Origin: Malacoraja senta
Lineage: Eukaryota
Direction of reading: 5' to 3'
DNA: 64,000 bases
Assembly (NCBI GenBank): GCA_038087875.1
Contig: CM075994.1
Location: forward strand, 2,916,001-2,980,000
Shown here: positions 39,000 through 51,928 of the stretch, in pieces
Numbering within the stretch: position 1 is the first letter of the stretch
Layout of the letters: each line of letters starts with the position of its first letter
Translations under genes and position numbers: made by a program
The notes under the pieces: model-generated
Database searches by the model: none
Told to the model about the DNA's origin: nothing
What the model saw: the letters and a program-made list of their open reading frames with translations, nothing else

Positions 39000-39535
39000 C
39001 CCGAAGATAGACACAAAGTGCTGGAGTAACTCAGCAGGTCAGGCAGCATCTCTGGAGAAAAATAATGGGTGACGTTCGGGTCGGGACCCTTCTTCAGACT
39101 GAAATTACTGGGGAGGGAACTGGAGGTAAGAAAAGGCCAAAACAAATCAAATCCGGCAACAGATGACTAAGGAAGGGTGGAGCCCACAATGGGCCATTGT
39201 TGGCTGGGGAAGAGGTGAAAACGTAGGGATACAAGGATGCCAACAGTGAAACTAGTAGGATGACTAGGGTGGGGGAGGGAGGAAGGAAAGAAATGCAGGA
39301 GTCACTTGAAATTAGAGAAAACGGCTGGGTTGTCAGCTGCCCAAGTGAAATATGTGGTGCTGTTCCTCCAATCTATTTGTGGCCTCACTCTGACAGTGAA
39401 GAAGGCCCAGGACAGAAAGGTCAGTATGGAAATGGGAATAGGAGTTTAAATGTTTGGCAACCAGGGGATCACATAGGTCAAGGCGGACTGAGCGTAAGTG
39501 TTCAGCGAACCAATCGCATAATCTGCGCTCAATCT
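39000..39535 (-). mobile_element. Penelope 3' fragment with endonuclease tail and terminal repeat
   Basis: Reverse complement matches about 4120-4300 (gacctttctgtcctgggcc...gagtgaggcc...ttggaggaacagcacc), then a degenerate hammerhead near 39070-39098. Confidence 0.8.
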
Positions 39536-40897
39536 ACCCAACCGGAAAGGTCACCAATCCATTGCCTTCCCAGAAGCTGCTCACCTTTTTTTAAGTGTAT
39601 CGCTGACGGCAAATTCATTTCACTGCAGCTTTGGGTGCATGTGACGAATACATTTGACTTTGACTGACTTCTGTGTTAGTCCTTTGATCCTTCATGCCTG
39701 CTCCACCTTGTAGAGGAATTGTGGCTGGTCACCAATTTGAAGCCATTTGTCCAACCATTTCCTCTCTTTCTCTCCGTCCCACCCCCACCCTAATCATCCT
39801 GCTGGTTTCACGGTTCGTTATCACCACTTCCCCAGCCAGCAATGGACCATTGTGGGCTCCACCGTTCCTTGGTCATCAGTGCCAGCTCTGATTTGTTCTG
39901 AACCTGTTCATACCTCTAGTTTCCCTCTTCCCTGACTCTTATTCTGAAGAAGGGTCTCGACCTGAAATGTCACCTGCTCCTTTTCTCCAGAGATGCTGCC
40001 TGATCCGTCGCGTTACTCCAGCACTTTGTGTCCATTACCTATATCCCTTGATTCTTGTAATGTCTGGAAATCTTTCTATCCTATGCCTGAACGGAGAATG
40101 AACGTAGCGGGTACGTCGAAGCTCGGGAACGTCCATTAGCGGCTCGTAACGCTAACGGCAGGTACTCGGGAAGACTCGCTAACCGCAGGTAAGCACGGGA
40201 AGACTCGTGAAGATTTTTCAACGTGTTGAAAAATGTCCACGAGAGCTCCTAGTGCCGACGAGTGGCCATTACCGTAAATCTCCGAGTTCGAATCAGGGCA
40301 AACTCGGGAGAGCTCTTGGAATGAACTCGTACCGTGGGACAGGGCTTTAACTCAGCGGGTCAGGCAGTATCTCCGGAGGAAAAGAATAGGTAACATCTCA
40401 GGTCGAGCCATTCTTCAGATCCAAAGTGTCACCTATTCCTTTTCTCCAGAGATACTGCCTGACCCGTTGAGTTACACCAGCATTTTGTGTCTATCTTCGT
40501 TGTAAACCAACATCTGCAGTTCCTTCCTACACATGGATAGGAGACTTTTCACGACAGGACCCTTCTTCAGACTTGGAAGATTTTAGAAACTGCTTGCTGG
40601 AACTGGAATGAACCTTTTCTCTTTATTGAAACATTTTTAATGTTTTAGTACAACAACGCAAGAAGCATTAGCTCACTGCCGGATCAATATCACTGCTGTT
40701 ATTGGCAATCACAATGTTATAAAACCCTGCTGCACTTACTCAGTGCACTGATGTATATTCTGTTTGCAGAATGTGGAACTCTATCAGAGGGATTAGTGAC
40801 CAGTGGCTGGAAAGCAGATCAGATGATTTTAAGAAACGTTCTAGTGCAGGGTAATTAATAACACGGACCTCTCCACAAGAGAAACAAGGTCATACCT

Positions 40898-41097
40898 NNN
40901 NNNNNNNNNNNNNNNNNNNNNNNNNNNNNNNNNNNNNNNNNNNNNNNNNNNNNNNNNNNNNNNNNNNNNNNNNNNNNNNNNNNNNNNNNNNNNNNNNNNN
41001 NNNNNNNNNNNNNNNNNNNNNNNNNNNNNNNNNNNNNNNNNNNNNNNNNNNNNNNNNNNNNNNNNNNNNNNNNNNNNNNNNNNNNNNNNNNNNNNNN
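40898..41097. other. Assembly gap (200 N)
   Basis: Run of N. Confidence 1.
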
Positions 41098-41196
41098 AGA
41101 TTTGTTGGCAACTCATTTCCTCCTGATAGAACTGACACCAACTATTTCAAGAGCACAAAAGAACATGTTCAATTAATGCAACAGTAAAATGTGCAG

Positions 41197-41658
41197 TCCC
41201 ACTATCTTCAGACACACATTCTCTATTTAACTGAATAACTAGTCTGAAGAAGGGTCCCAACCTGAAACATTACCTATCCATGTTCTCCAGAGATGCTGCC
41301 TGACCCACTGAGTAGCTCCAGCACTGGATTCTTTTATCACTAACTATTTGATTAGTGACGGAGGTAGAGCTGCAGCCTTACAGCGCCAGAGGCCCGGATT
41401 CCATCCTGTCTATGGGTGCTGCCTGTACGTTCTCTGTGACCATGTAGGTTTCCTCAAGGTGCTTTGGTTTCCTCCCACATTACAAAGACATGCAGGTTTG
41501 TACGTTAATTGGCTTCTATAAATTGTCCCCAGTGTATAGGATAGAACCAGTGTATGGGTGATTGCTGGTCGGCACAGACTCGGTGGGTCGAAGGACCCGT
41601 CTCCATGCTGTACCTCTAAAGGATGTTTTGCAGGACAGTGAGAGTAGGCAGGGAAAGG
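41197..41658 (+). repeat. Exact direct copy of window positions 1-462
   Basis: tcccactatcttcagac...ggcagggaaagg reads identically at both places, including non-repeat bases and private mutations in the repeats. Confidence 0.95.
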
Positions 41659-42109
41659 TTCCCCCACAAAAAAAATTGGGACTCACTAGAGGGAAAGGGA
41701 GAGACTGCAGTCAATGGATGTGTTAATTTATACATTTCTAACTGACATACTTTGTGCAGATTATCAGATGCGGTCAAAATGTCTGACAGTGCTGAGAGAG
41801 ACAAGATTTCAGTGGTCTAGACAGCCAATTGTGCTTGCATAAGCACAGATCTTATCATCTGCCTCAAGATATTTTCTCTGCAATATGATGGATAGGTTAA
41901 TTATCCAGGAAAAGAGACTTGGAAATATTATTAACAATATCATCAGATATGTGGTGAGAAATGTCATCTCTGGCCCAAAGGTAGCATTTTTCTCCAGGAT
42001 CAGAATACAGTTGGTTACATTTCAACGTTGAGACTCTAACTTAATGTTAAAATGCATTCTCGGGAAATTATTGCTCTGGCAGAGATGCATCTTGAACCAA
42101 GCTTTCTTG

Positions 42110-42900
42110 TACTCACGAGTCCTACAGTCACGCAGAGTGGGAACAGGCCCTGCGGCCCACGCAGACCAACTTGCCCCTTCTACACGAGTCCCATCTGCTT
42201 TTAGCCCATATATCCCTCTAAACCTATTCTATCCATATACTTATCTAAATATTTCTTAAACGTTGCAATAGTACCTACCTCAACTACCACCTCCATACTT
42301 GCAGCTTGTTTCATGCACCTACCACCCTTTGTGTAAAAAAGATATCCCTCAGGTTTTCATTAAATCTTTCCCCCCTCACCTTAAACCCATGTCCCCGGTT
42401 CTCGATTCCCCTACTCCTGCCAAAACACTATATGTTAACCCGATCCACTCCTCTCAAGATTTTGTACACCTCTATAACATCACCCCTCATCCTCCAGTAC
42501 TGCAAGGAATAAAGCCCTAACCTGCTCAACCTTTCCCTACAGCTCAGTCCCTCGAGTCCTGGCAACATTCTGGTAGATCTTCTCTGAACACTTTCAAGCT
42601 TGACAACATCTATCCTATAACCTGGAGACCAAAGCTGAACCCAATATTGTAAATGCAGCCTCAATAGACACAAAATGCTGGAGTAACTCTGGGACAGGCA
42701 GCATCTCTGGAGGGAAGGAATGGGTAACGTTGAGTCAATACCCTTTTCAGCTAAATGTGGCCTCACCAACATCTTGTATAAAACTGCAACATGACTTCTA
42801 TACAATACGACTGAAGAAGGCCAATGTGCCGAAAGCCTTCTTGACCACCCTATCCACCTGTGACACCACTTTCAAAGAACTATGCACGTGTATTCCTAGA
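42110..42900 (-). mobile_element. CR1-clade LINE 3' fragment containing a Penelope terminal-repeat insert (about 42663-42750)
   Basis: LYKMLVRPHL...YWVQLWSP...LESVQRR..RMLPGLEGLS split by the insert. Confidence 0.85.
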
Positions 42901-43744
42901 TACCTCTCAGGTGAATGTAAAAGATCCTTTGAGACCTGAAAAGCAGAGAAGTCCTCATAAACATTCTGGATGATAACCCTTAGCCATCGTCATGACAAAT
43001 TAACAGGTCAATATTACCTTGTCATTTGAGAGATTTTTGTGCAAAGTGATTGGCAATTTCCCAATTACAACTGTGTTTACTTTTGAAAAATACTGTTACT
43101 GCAAATTGAGGAGTCATGAATGATATTAGATAAATATAGGCCTTTCTTACAAAAAGTCACTCTTTATTAAAAATTACTTAGCAAGAAATTGCAGCTATCA
43201 TTGTGAAGTCAGGGAAAAATAATTAACAAACATTCAAAACGTTGGTAAGGCCACATTTGGAGCATTGTATTCAGTTTAAGAAAGATAGTGTCAAGCTGGA
43301 AAGAGTGCAGAGAAGATTTGCAAGGATGTTGCCAGGAAGACAGATTTGAGGGCCAGAGGCATAAGGAGAGGTTGAGCAGGCGAGGACTTTATTCAATGGA
43401 ACGAGCAGACAGAGGAGGTAGTTGAGGCAGATACTATAACATTGAAAAGACATTTCCATGGTACATTGATAGGATAGGTATAGAGGGATATGGGCCAAGC
43501 TCAGGCACGTGGGACTAGTGTAGACGGGCATCTTGGTCAGTGTGGGCAAGTTGGGCTGAGGGCCTGTTTCCCTGCTGTACGACTCAAAATATTTTTTAAA
43601 TGCCACGAATGACAGATAGTTTAGATAGGAGGAAAGATAAAATGGAAGACAAACAAAAATTGTTGGCTACAAAGGGAGTAAATTCGAAATTCAATTCATG
43701 AAAACAGAACAAGTTGAAATATAGGCATACTTGACACGATGCAG

Positions 43745-44399
43745 AAATAGACATTAGGTGCAGGAGTACGCCATTCGGCCCTTCGAGCCAGCACCGCCAT
43801 TCAATGTAATCATGGCTGATCATCCCCAATCAGTACCCCGTTTCTGCCTTCTCCCCATATCCCCCGACTCCGCTACCTTTATGAGCCCTATCTAGCTCTC
43901 TCTTGAAAGTATCCAGAGAACCGGCCTCTACCGCCCTCTGAGGCAGAGATTTCCACAGACTCACAACTCTCTGTGAGAAAAAGTGTTTCCTCGTCTCTGT
44001 TCTAAATGGCTTACCCCTTATTCTTAAACTGTGGCCCCTGGTTCTGGACTCCCCCAACATTGGGAACATGTTTCCTGCCTCTAGCGTGTCCAAACCCTTA
44101 ACAATCTTATATGTTTCAATGAGATTCCCTCTCATCCTTCTAAACTCCACAGTGTACAAGCCCAACTGCTCCATTCTCTCAGCATATGACAGTCCCGCCA
44201 TCCCGGGAATTAACCTTGTAAACCTACGCTGCACTCTCTCAATAGCAAGAATGTCCTTCCTCAAATTAGGGGACCAAAACTGCACACAATATTCCAGGTG
44301 TGGTCTCACTAGGGCCCCATACAACTGCAGAAGGACCTCTTTGCTCCTATACTCAACTCCTCTTGTTATAAAGGCCAACATGCCATTCACTTTCTTCAC
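43745..44399 (-). mobile_element. CR1-clade LINE 3' fragment, low divergence
   Basis: 189-aa ORF with the CR1 ORF2 C-terminus LYGALVRPHLEYCVQFWSP...TRGHSLRI...FFSQRVVSLW, followed by the 3' UTR. Confidence 0.92.
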
Positions 44400-47300
44400 A
44401 ATAGTAATACATAATGTAATAAAAGTAATACATAATGTATTAGCTGTAGAGATACAAAATCTCCAAAAAAGTAATTGGCCTGATATTTAATCCATGCAAT
44501 TTACAGTGAAGAATACAGGTCCACCATCGATTTTCCAGCAACTGATAGTCCGGCAACTACTTTAATCTGGACAAAATTACGAGAGCCTACTTGAAATCTC
44601 CCTGCAAGGATATTGATCCCCTCCATTTCATGTGAGACCGGACCCTCCTGTACAGGTCCCACCTACCCTGGTAGTGAGCCCAATGATCCACATGACTGGA
44701 GCCCTCCCTCTTGCACCAGCTCCTCAGCCACATTTTTAAACTGCACTATCTTTCTCCAAAAAGACACAAAGTGTCGGAGTAACTCAGCGGGTCAGGCAGC
44801 ATCTCTGGAGGACATGGATAAGTGCTGTTTCGAATCAGGACATTTCTCCACAGATGCTGCCTGACCCACTGAGTTACTCCAGCACTTGGTGTTGTTTTTG
44901 TTGTAAATCAGCAGTTGCTCGTGTCCGCAGTTTGACCTATTGCCCGCCTGGGCCGCCCTTACCCTCGACCCGAAATCCCTACCACACCCCGGGCGGCAGA
45001 CGCGCAGCAACGCGGCCATCAGCATGTCCTTGCCACGGCCCCGCAAACCTAACGTGGGATCCTCATGTCCTGCGGCGCCACCGTGACTCCGCCATGCTGA
45101 TCGGCAAGCAGGTTGCAAACCTCGCGAGGTTAAACCACGTGAAATCCCGTGCTGGCAAACTCGCGTCAGAATGGCGTGCCCTGAAGCCGCGCCGCTGCCA
45201 TCTTTTAAGTGGGCAAGCTGGTAAGGCCGCCAGAGCTCCCCCTAACGGCGGATGGGGGAATTGACACGGAACTAACTACTCCTTTGAGGAACGTTCAGGT
45301 CACAATTGTAACACAATCGAGTCACAGACTCATACAGCACAGAAACAGGCCATTCGGCCCAACTCACCTATGCCGACCAAGATACCACATCCAAGTTAGT
45401 CCCATTTGCCTGCGTTTGGCTCGTATCCCTATAAACTTTTCCTATCCCTTTACATGTCCACGATTTTTATCCTATCCGTTTTCTGCAAAGATGCTGTCTG
45501 ACCCACTGAGTCACTCCAGCATTTTGTGTCTGTGCATGATTTTTACTAATTGAACTTTTTTTTTGTAGAAAGGACAAAGCATGACCTGCCATGGGGAACT
45601 CATTGGGTCAGCCAGCATCTGTGGAGGAAATGGACAGGTGATGTTTCGGGTCAGTACCGTTCGTCAGTGTTGTTCAAGATTCCATCAATTGCAGTTTCTT
45701 GTGTCTCTGTTTCTCTCTCCATGGATATTGCCTGATCTCCTAACTATTTCCAGCATTTTTGTTTTTAGAACATGAATCATGTTTTAGAACATGAATCTAT
45801 GACATTGCTTTCAATTATAATTTATTCATTTCAATGGTAGACAAAAGTGCTGGAAAAACTCAGCGGGTGCGGCAGCATCTATGGAGCGAAGGAAATAGGC
45901 AATGTTTCGGGCCGAAACCCTTCTTCAGACTTCCAGCACTTTTGTCTACCTTCGATTTTCCAGCATCTGCAGTTCCTTCTTAAACAAATTATTCATTTCA
46001 ATGTTCGTTCTTCCTCAATACTTACATTGGGGTGGCACAGTAGCTGCCTGACAGCTTCGATCCTGATTACGGGTGCTGTCTGTACTGAGTTTTACGTTAT
46101 TCCTGTGACTTGTGTGGGTTTCCTCCGGGTGCTACGGTTTCCTCCCATGCTCCAAAGATGTGCAGGTTTGTAGGTTAATTAGTTCTGTAAATTGTGAATT
46201 CTCTCTAGAGTGTAGGATAGAACTAGTGTGAACGGCTGATCGGCCGTCGCGCGGACATGGTGGACCGAAGGGTCTGTTTCCACAATGTAAAATGACTAAA
46301 GTAAAGTAAACTAAAGTAAAATTCAGCAATCTGAATTATTTTATCTCCAGGATGATGATCTCAAGAACAAGTATTTGCAGGCTAAGTTAGTTGAGACCAG
46401 AACTGCACAAAACCGATCCAAATTCAATCTTTAATCCTGCTCAGGTGGAACAGTCTGAAGAAGAGTTTCGACCCGAAATGTCACCTATTCCTTTTCTCCA
46501 GAGATGCTGTCTGTCCCGCTGAGTTACTTCAGCTTTTTTATGTCTATCTTCAGATATCACCTAACTCGTCAGTAGGTGTCAGCCTTGCCTTATTGGAAGC
46601 ATTTCTCCACCAACAACTCTGGAAACTTACATTATATAGAGGGAGGGGGCACTGTTGGAACTGATTACCTTTTGATTGAGATGTTGAACCTGCCTGCACT
46701 CTTGAGGGGTCATTAACTATCCCATGGTGCTTATTTGAAGAGGTGAATAGTATTTCCCCTGGTAGCCAACTAACATCTATCGCTCAAACAATATCATTAA
46801 GTCACAGAAACTATCTCCACAACAACAACAATGTAGATTGACACAGTGTGGTATCATTGCAATGTTTAAAAAACATTTAGTACACGGACAGTAAAGGCTT
46901 AGAAGGATATGGGCCAAATGCAGACAAATTGGACGAGCTCAACAACCAGCATGGACGGAAAATAAATGCTGGTTTATACCAAAGATAAGCACAAAGTACT
47001 GGAGTAACTCAGCGGGTCAGGCAGCATCTCTGGAGAACATGGATAGGTGACGTTTTGTGTCGAGACCCTTCTTCAGACTGATTGTAGTGGGGGGAATCTG
47101 GAAGAGAGGTTGGAGTAAACATTCCTCCTTCTCCCTGCTCCCATCCGCCAGAAAATACAGAAGCTTGAAAGCGCACATCACCAGACACAGGAACAGCTTC
47201 TTCCCCTCCGATATCAGGCTTCTGAACAGTCCGTCCATAAGCTAGGGTACTGTCCGATTCACCTCTACCCCATTGTGAACATTGGACTTTGTCTGGAACT

Positions 47301-47851
47301 GGTGCTCTGCAATGCTGGGAACGATATTCTGCACTCTGTACCTTTGCCTTTGCTTTACCTATTGTACCTGAGTTTGACTTGATTGTATTTACGTACAGTA
47401 TTATCCAATTTGATTGGATAGCATGCAAAGCAAAGCTTTTAAATGTACCTCGGTACACATGACAATAATAAAGCTAAACCTAATTAACCTTACCTTGCCT
47501 GTCTTTCCTTTGAGGCTTACTGGCCCTGAATTCTATCTTCCTATTCCCTTCCTAAGCCACATGTTTAAACTGCACTATCAAGCTGGAAAGGGTGCAGAGA
47601 GGATTTATGAGGATGTTTCCAGGACTCAAGGGCCTGAGCTATAGGGAGCAGTTGAGCAGGCTAGGACTCTATTCCTTTAGGGTGCAGGAGGATGAGGAGT
47701 TATCTCATAACGTGTACAAAGTCATGAGTGGAATAGATTGGGTAAATGCACAGATTCTCTAACCCAGTGGTGCTCCAGAGATACCACCTGACCCCTGAGT
47801 TACTCCAGCACTTTGTGTCTTTGTTTGTAAACCAGCAGCTGCAGTTCCTTT

Positions 47852-48140
47852 AGGGCACAGTGGCGTAGTGGTAGAATTGCTGCCTTACAGTGTCAGAGAC
47901 CCTGGTTCGATCCCGATAACGGGTGCTGTCTGTGTAAGGTTTGTACATTCTCCATGTGACCTTGTGGGTTTTCTCTGGGTGCTCCGGTTTCCTCCCATAC
48001 TCCAAAGACGTAGAAGTTGGGAGGTTAATTTGCTTTGGTAGAAAATTGTAAATTGTCCCTAATGTGTAGGATAGTGTTAGTGTATGGGGTGATCGCTGGT
48101 TGGTGCGGACATAGTGGGATGATGGGCAGTTTCCATGCCA
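47852..48140 (+). mobile_element. tRNA-derived V-SINE (HE1-like)
   Basis: A box TGGCGTAGTGG, intact B box GGTTCGATCCC at 47904, same body and tail as the 18995 copy. Confidence 0.85.
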
Positions 48141-49598
48141 TATGCCTTTGTATTTTCATTGCAATACTGAACAGAAAATATAAATATCATATTCTTTCAA
48201 TATAAAGTATAAAATAATGCTCTACAGAATTGCATTGCTGCCTTATTTATATCTTTCTTTGAATTATTGCAGCAAGGAAACAGGCCCTTCGGCCCCGCCC
48301 GTCTATGTTGACCAAGGTACCACATCTAAGCTGTTCTCATTTGCCTACATTTGGCCCTTTGGCTGATTTTGACACCGTTTTCATTCTCCGGTTCCAAGAG
48401 CATGTGGATTTCTGGATCATACCATCAATATTACCCATGGTTGATGGTTACCCATAGACCTCAGAATGACACACACATACACGAGGGATTAACGAAATAT
48501 GTAAGTACAAAATGTATAGGAAAGAACTGCAGATGCTGGTTTAAATCGAAGGTAGACACAAAATGCTGGAGTAACTTAGCAGGACAGGCAGCATCTCTGG
48601 AGAGAAGGAATGGGTGACGTTTTGGGTCGACACTCTTCTTCAGAATGTACTCAGACGCATGTAATTAGACGTCAACACAAGCGTCACAAATGTTTAACAA
48701 ATTGGCTGTCTGATGTCAATGGTTGTGACATTTGGTGCACAAAAAAGGGACCCCGTGCCAAGAGTCAACAGACATCGTCGGGTATGTTTAAAGTACACTA
48801 GCCACAATAGCTTCAGGCCACATTTGCTAATGTACTTGACTAGAAACTGTAATGTAAGCTGTCAGGCCGTGACTAGAGACAGTTTTATCGCCAATAGCTT
48901 TAGGGAAATACATAAAAAAACAATAGAGATGTAATGGTGGTTTTCCGAAGTGAAAACATGACCTAGTTCCATGCAATACTGGAGAAAAGTATCACATTTT
49001 AGTATTTCCCTGAAAGAACAAGGGGCAGCAGAGTGACGCAGCTGGTAGAGCTGCTGCCTCACAGTGCCAGAGACCCGGGTTCGAATCTGACCTCAGATGC
49101 TAACTGTATGGAGTTTCCACATTCTCCCTGTCCCGCATGGATTTCCTCCAGGTGCTCCAGATTCCTCCCACATCCCGAAGACATCCGAATTTGTAGGTTA
49201 ATTCATATCTGTAAATTGCCCCCAGATTAAATAGGAACCTGAGAGGTAACATTTTCACACAAAGGGTTGTGGATGTATGGAATGAGCTGCCGGTGGAGGT
49301 AGGTGAGGCAGGTACTATCGCAATGTTTAAGAAACATTTAGGCAGGTACATGGATAGGACAGGTTTGGAGCAATATGGGCCAAACACAGGCAGATGGGAC
49401 TAGTGTAGATGGGACATGTTGGTGGGTGTGAGCAAGTTGGTCCGAAGGGCCTGTGTCCACGATGTATTACACTATGACTATGACTCTAAAAGTTGTCACA
49501 TTTAAGGCGCCATCTTGTACCCTTTAGTCCGATTTTATAAAAAATGTTTGAGTCTTAACTTGGTCATAATGGCCCCTTTTCATCGTGACGGCACTGGG

Positions 49599-49743
49599 TC
49601 AGACTTGCAGATTGTCGCCCTGGCCAGGAGACGTGTCGATGTCCTCGACCTTTGCTTCGCCGCTCAGTGCCGCAGCAGGCTGCGTCCATTCCGCACGTAC
49701 ATGGCCTTGAAATACTTTTCCCCTGGTTTCTGGAATGATCCAA
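49599..49743 (-). other. Possible unannotated coding exon or gene fragment (strand and frame uncertain)
   Basis: Unique GC/CpG-rich patch with high GC at third codon positions; T-rich tract plus AG at 49745-49744 on the minus strand; no protein recognised. Confidence 0.25.
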
Positions 49744-51629
49744 CTTGAGATTAGATAGTAAAAAAAAACTAAAGGCTGTGATTGTGAACCCATAAAGTAT
49801 TCAAGTTAATAGTCTAACAAATGGTCGTGAATAATCTCGCCTAAGTGCCCAACATATTGAAGCACTGTGCCAGAATAGAATTATGAAATCTATTGTGCAG
49901 GTAAATAGAGTGATAGATCCATACAGCACAGAAACAAGCCCTTTGGCCCAACCTGCTTGTGTTTGGCCCATATCCCTCTAAACCTTTCCTTTCCTTGTAC
50001 CTGTCCAAGTGTCTTTTAAATGTTGTTATAGCAAATGGAGACATATAATATGGTGAATGGAAATTACACCTCCACCCACTTGGAAACCCTGTACAAAGCT
50101 GTTATTGAAATTCCGGTCGCAGAGACAGGTTGTTGGATCCCGATCAGGACGAAGATCCATCAAATCTAATTGGAACTGTCCTCAACTATTGCATATTGAT
50201 AAACCTCAGTTGGGTTTCAGTTTGTTTTCCAAAGTGTATAGATGAAAAATCAAAGAAGTTTGGTGCTTGTCCTGCAATGCTGATGGCATCTCCTCAAAGG
50301 AGCATTGCATGTTTCTTCATTTATCTCAATTTGCCTTACGTCTTTATTTTTCACTAATTAAACTCCCCTGCCTTCTCTATTGCTTTTTTTTCTTTCTAGT
50401 CTCTTCCCCGGTCTTGTACTTGCTTAGGAATTAAACAATGGTGGCACAGTGGCATAGAGTTGCTGCCTCACAACACCGGAGACTCGGGTTCAATCCTGAC
50501 CAACGGGTGTGGCTTATGGAGTTTGTACGTTCTCCTGGTGACCGTGTGAATTTTCTCTGGTTTCCCCGGTTTCCTCTCACTTTCCAAAGATGTGCAGGTT
50601 TGTAGGTTAATTGGCTCCTGTAATTGTCCCCAATGTGTAGGATGCAAAACAGTGATAACATTGAACCAGTAAACGGGTGATCGTTGGTTGACGCAGACTC
50701 GGTGGGCAAAAGTGCCTGTTCCCAAAACTCTCTAAATCTCCAAAATGTAAACCATTAATAATAAAGCGGTTATGGGGCAGGGTAAGGGAAAATATTAACG
50801 CATGTTCACACAGTTTTCCCAGTTCTGATGATGAGTAATGGAACATGGAACAGTACAACACAGGAAGCAAACTCTTTGCCCACAATGTCCATGCTGAACA
50901 CGATGTCAGCATGCACACTAATCTCCACTGCCTGCACGTGATCCATATCCCTCAATTTTTTGCATATCCATGTGACTATCTAAAAGGCTATCGTATCTGC
51001 CTTCACCACCACCACTGGCAGCATGTTCCAGGCACCCACAACCCTCTGTGTAAAAAACTGCCCCATGCATCTCCTTTAAACTTTAGACTAATGTTAAACT
51101 TATGCACTCTCGTATTTGACAAACGGGGAAATGGTCCTGACCGTTTCAGAAAGGACTTGAAACTTTTAATTCATTTCACACTCCACCGATGCTGTCTGCC
51201 TTTGTATTTTTATTGAAATACACAACATAGACAGAAAATATAAATATCAGATTCTTTCAATTTCAATATTGCTGCCCTATTTATATCTTCTATTGAATTA
51301 TTGCAAGAAGGAAACAGGTCCTTTGGCCCCAATCGTCCGCGTCAACCAAGATACCCCATTTATGCCACTCCCATTTGCCTACATTTGGCCCATGTCCCTC
51401 TAAATCTTTCCTATCCATATAATTTGTATATTTTCAACTGTTTTAGTTGTTTTATCTTAGAGATACAGTGCGGAAACAGGCCCTTCGGCCCGCTGAGTCC
51501 GCACTGACCAGCGATTCCTGCACATTAACACTATCCTACACACACTAGGGACCGTTTACACTTCTACCAAGCCAATTAACATACAAACCTGTAGTGTGGG
51601 AGGAAACCAAAGATCACGGAGAAAAGCCA

Positions 51630-51928
51630 GGGGCCACAGTTTAAGAATAAGGAGTAAACCATTTAGAACGGAGACGAGGAAATACTTTTTCTCACAGAGA
51701 GTAGTGAGTCTGTGGAATTCTCTGCCTCAGAGGGCGGTGGAGGCAGGTTCTCTGGAGCTTTCAAGAGAGAGCTAGATAGGGCTTTTAACAATAGCGGAGT
51801 CAGGGGATATGGGGAGAAGGCAGGAACGGGGTACTGATTGGGGATGATCAGCCATGATCACATTGAATGTTCGGCTCGAAGGGCCGAATGGCCTACTCCT
51901 GCACCTATTGTCTATTGTCTATTGTCTA
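51630..51928 (+). mobile_element. CR1 3' end nested in a minus-strand SINE
   Basis: Reverse-complement match to about 43750-44040; (ctattgt)n tail; SINE halves on both sides. Confidence 0.8.

Noticed and set aside
43830..44399. 189-aa ORF as a host gene
   Set aside because: It is the C-terminus of CR1 ORF2 from a 5'-truncated copy.
50032..50170. Plus-strand open frame QMETYNMVNGNYTSTHLETLYKAVIEIP as an exon
   Set aside because: The apparent acceptor comes from a CR1 fragment, there is no good donor, and I recognise no homolog.
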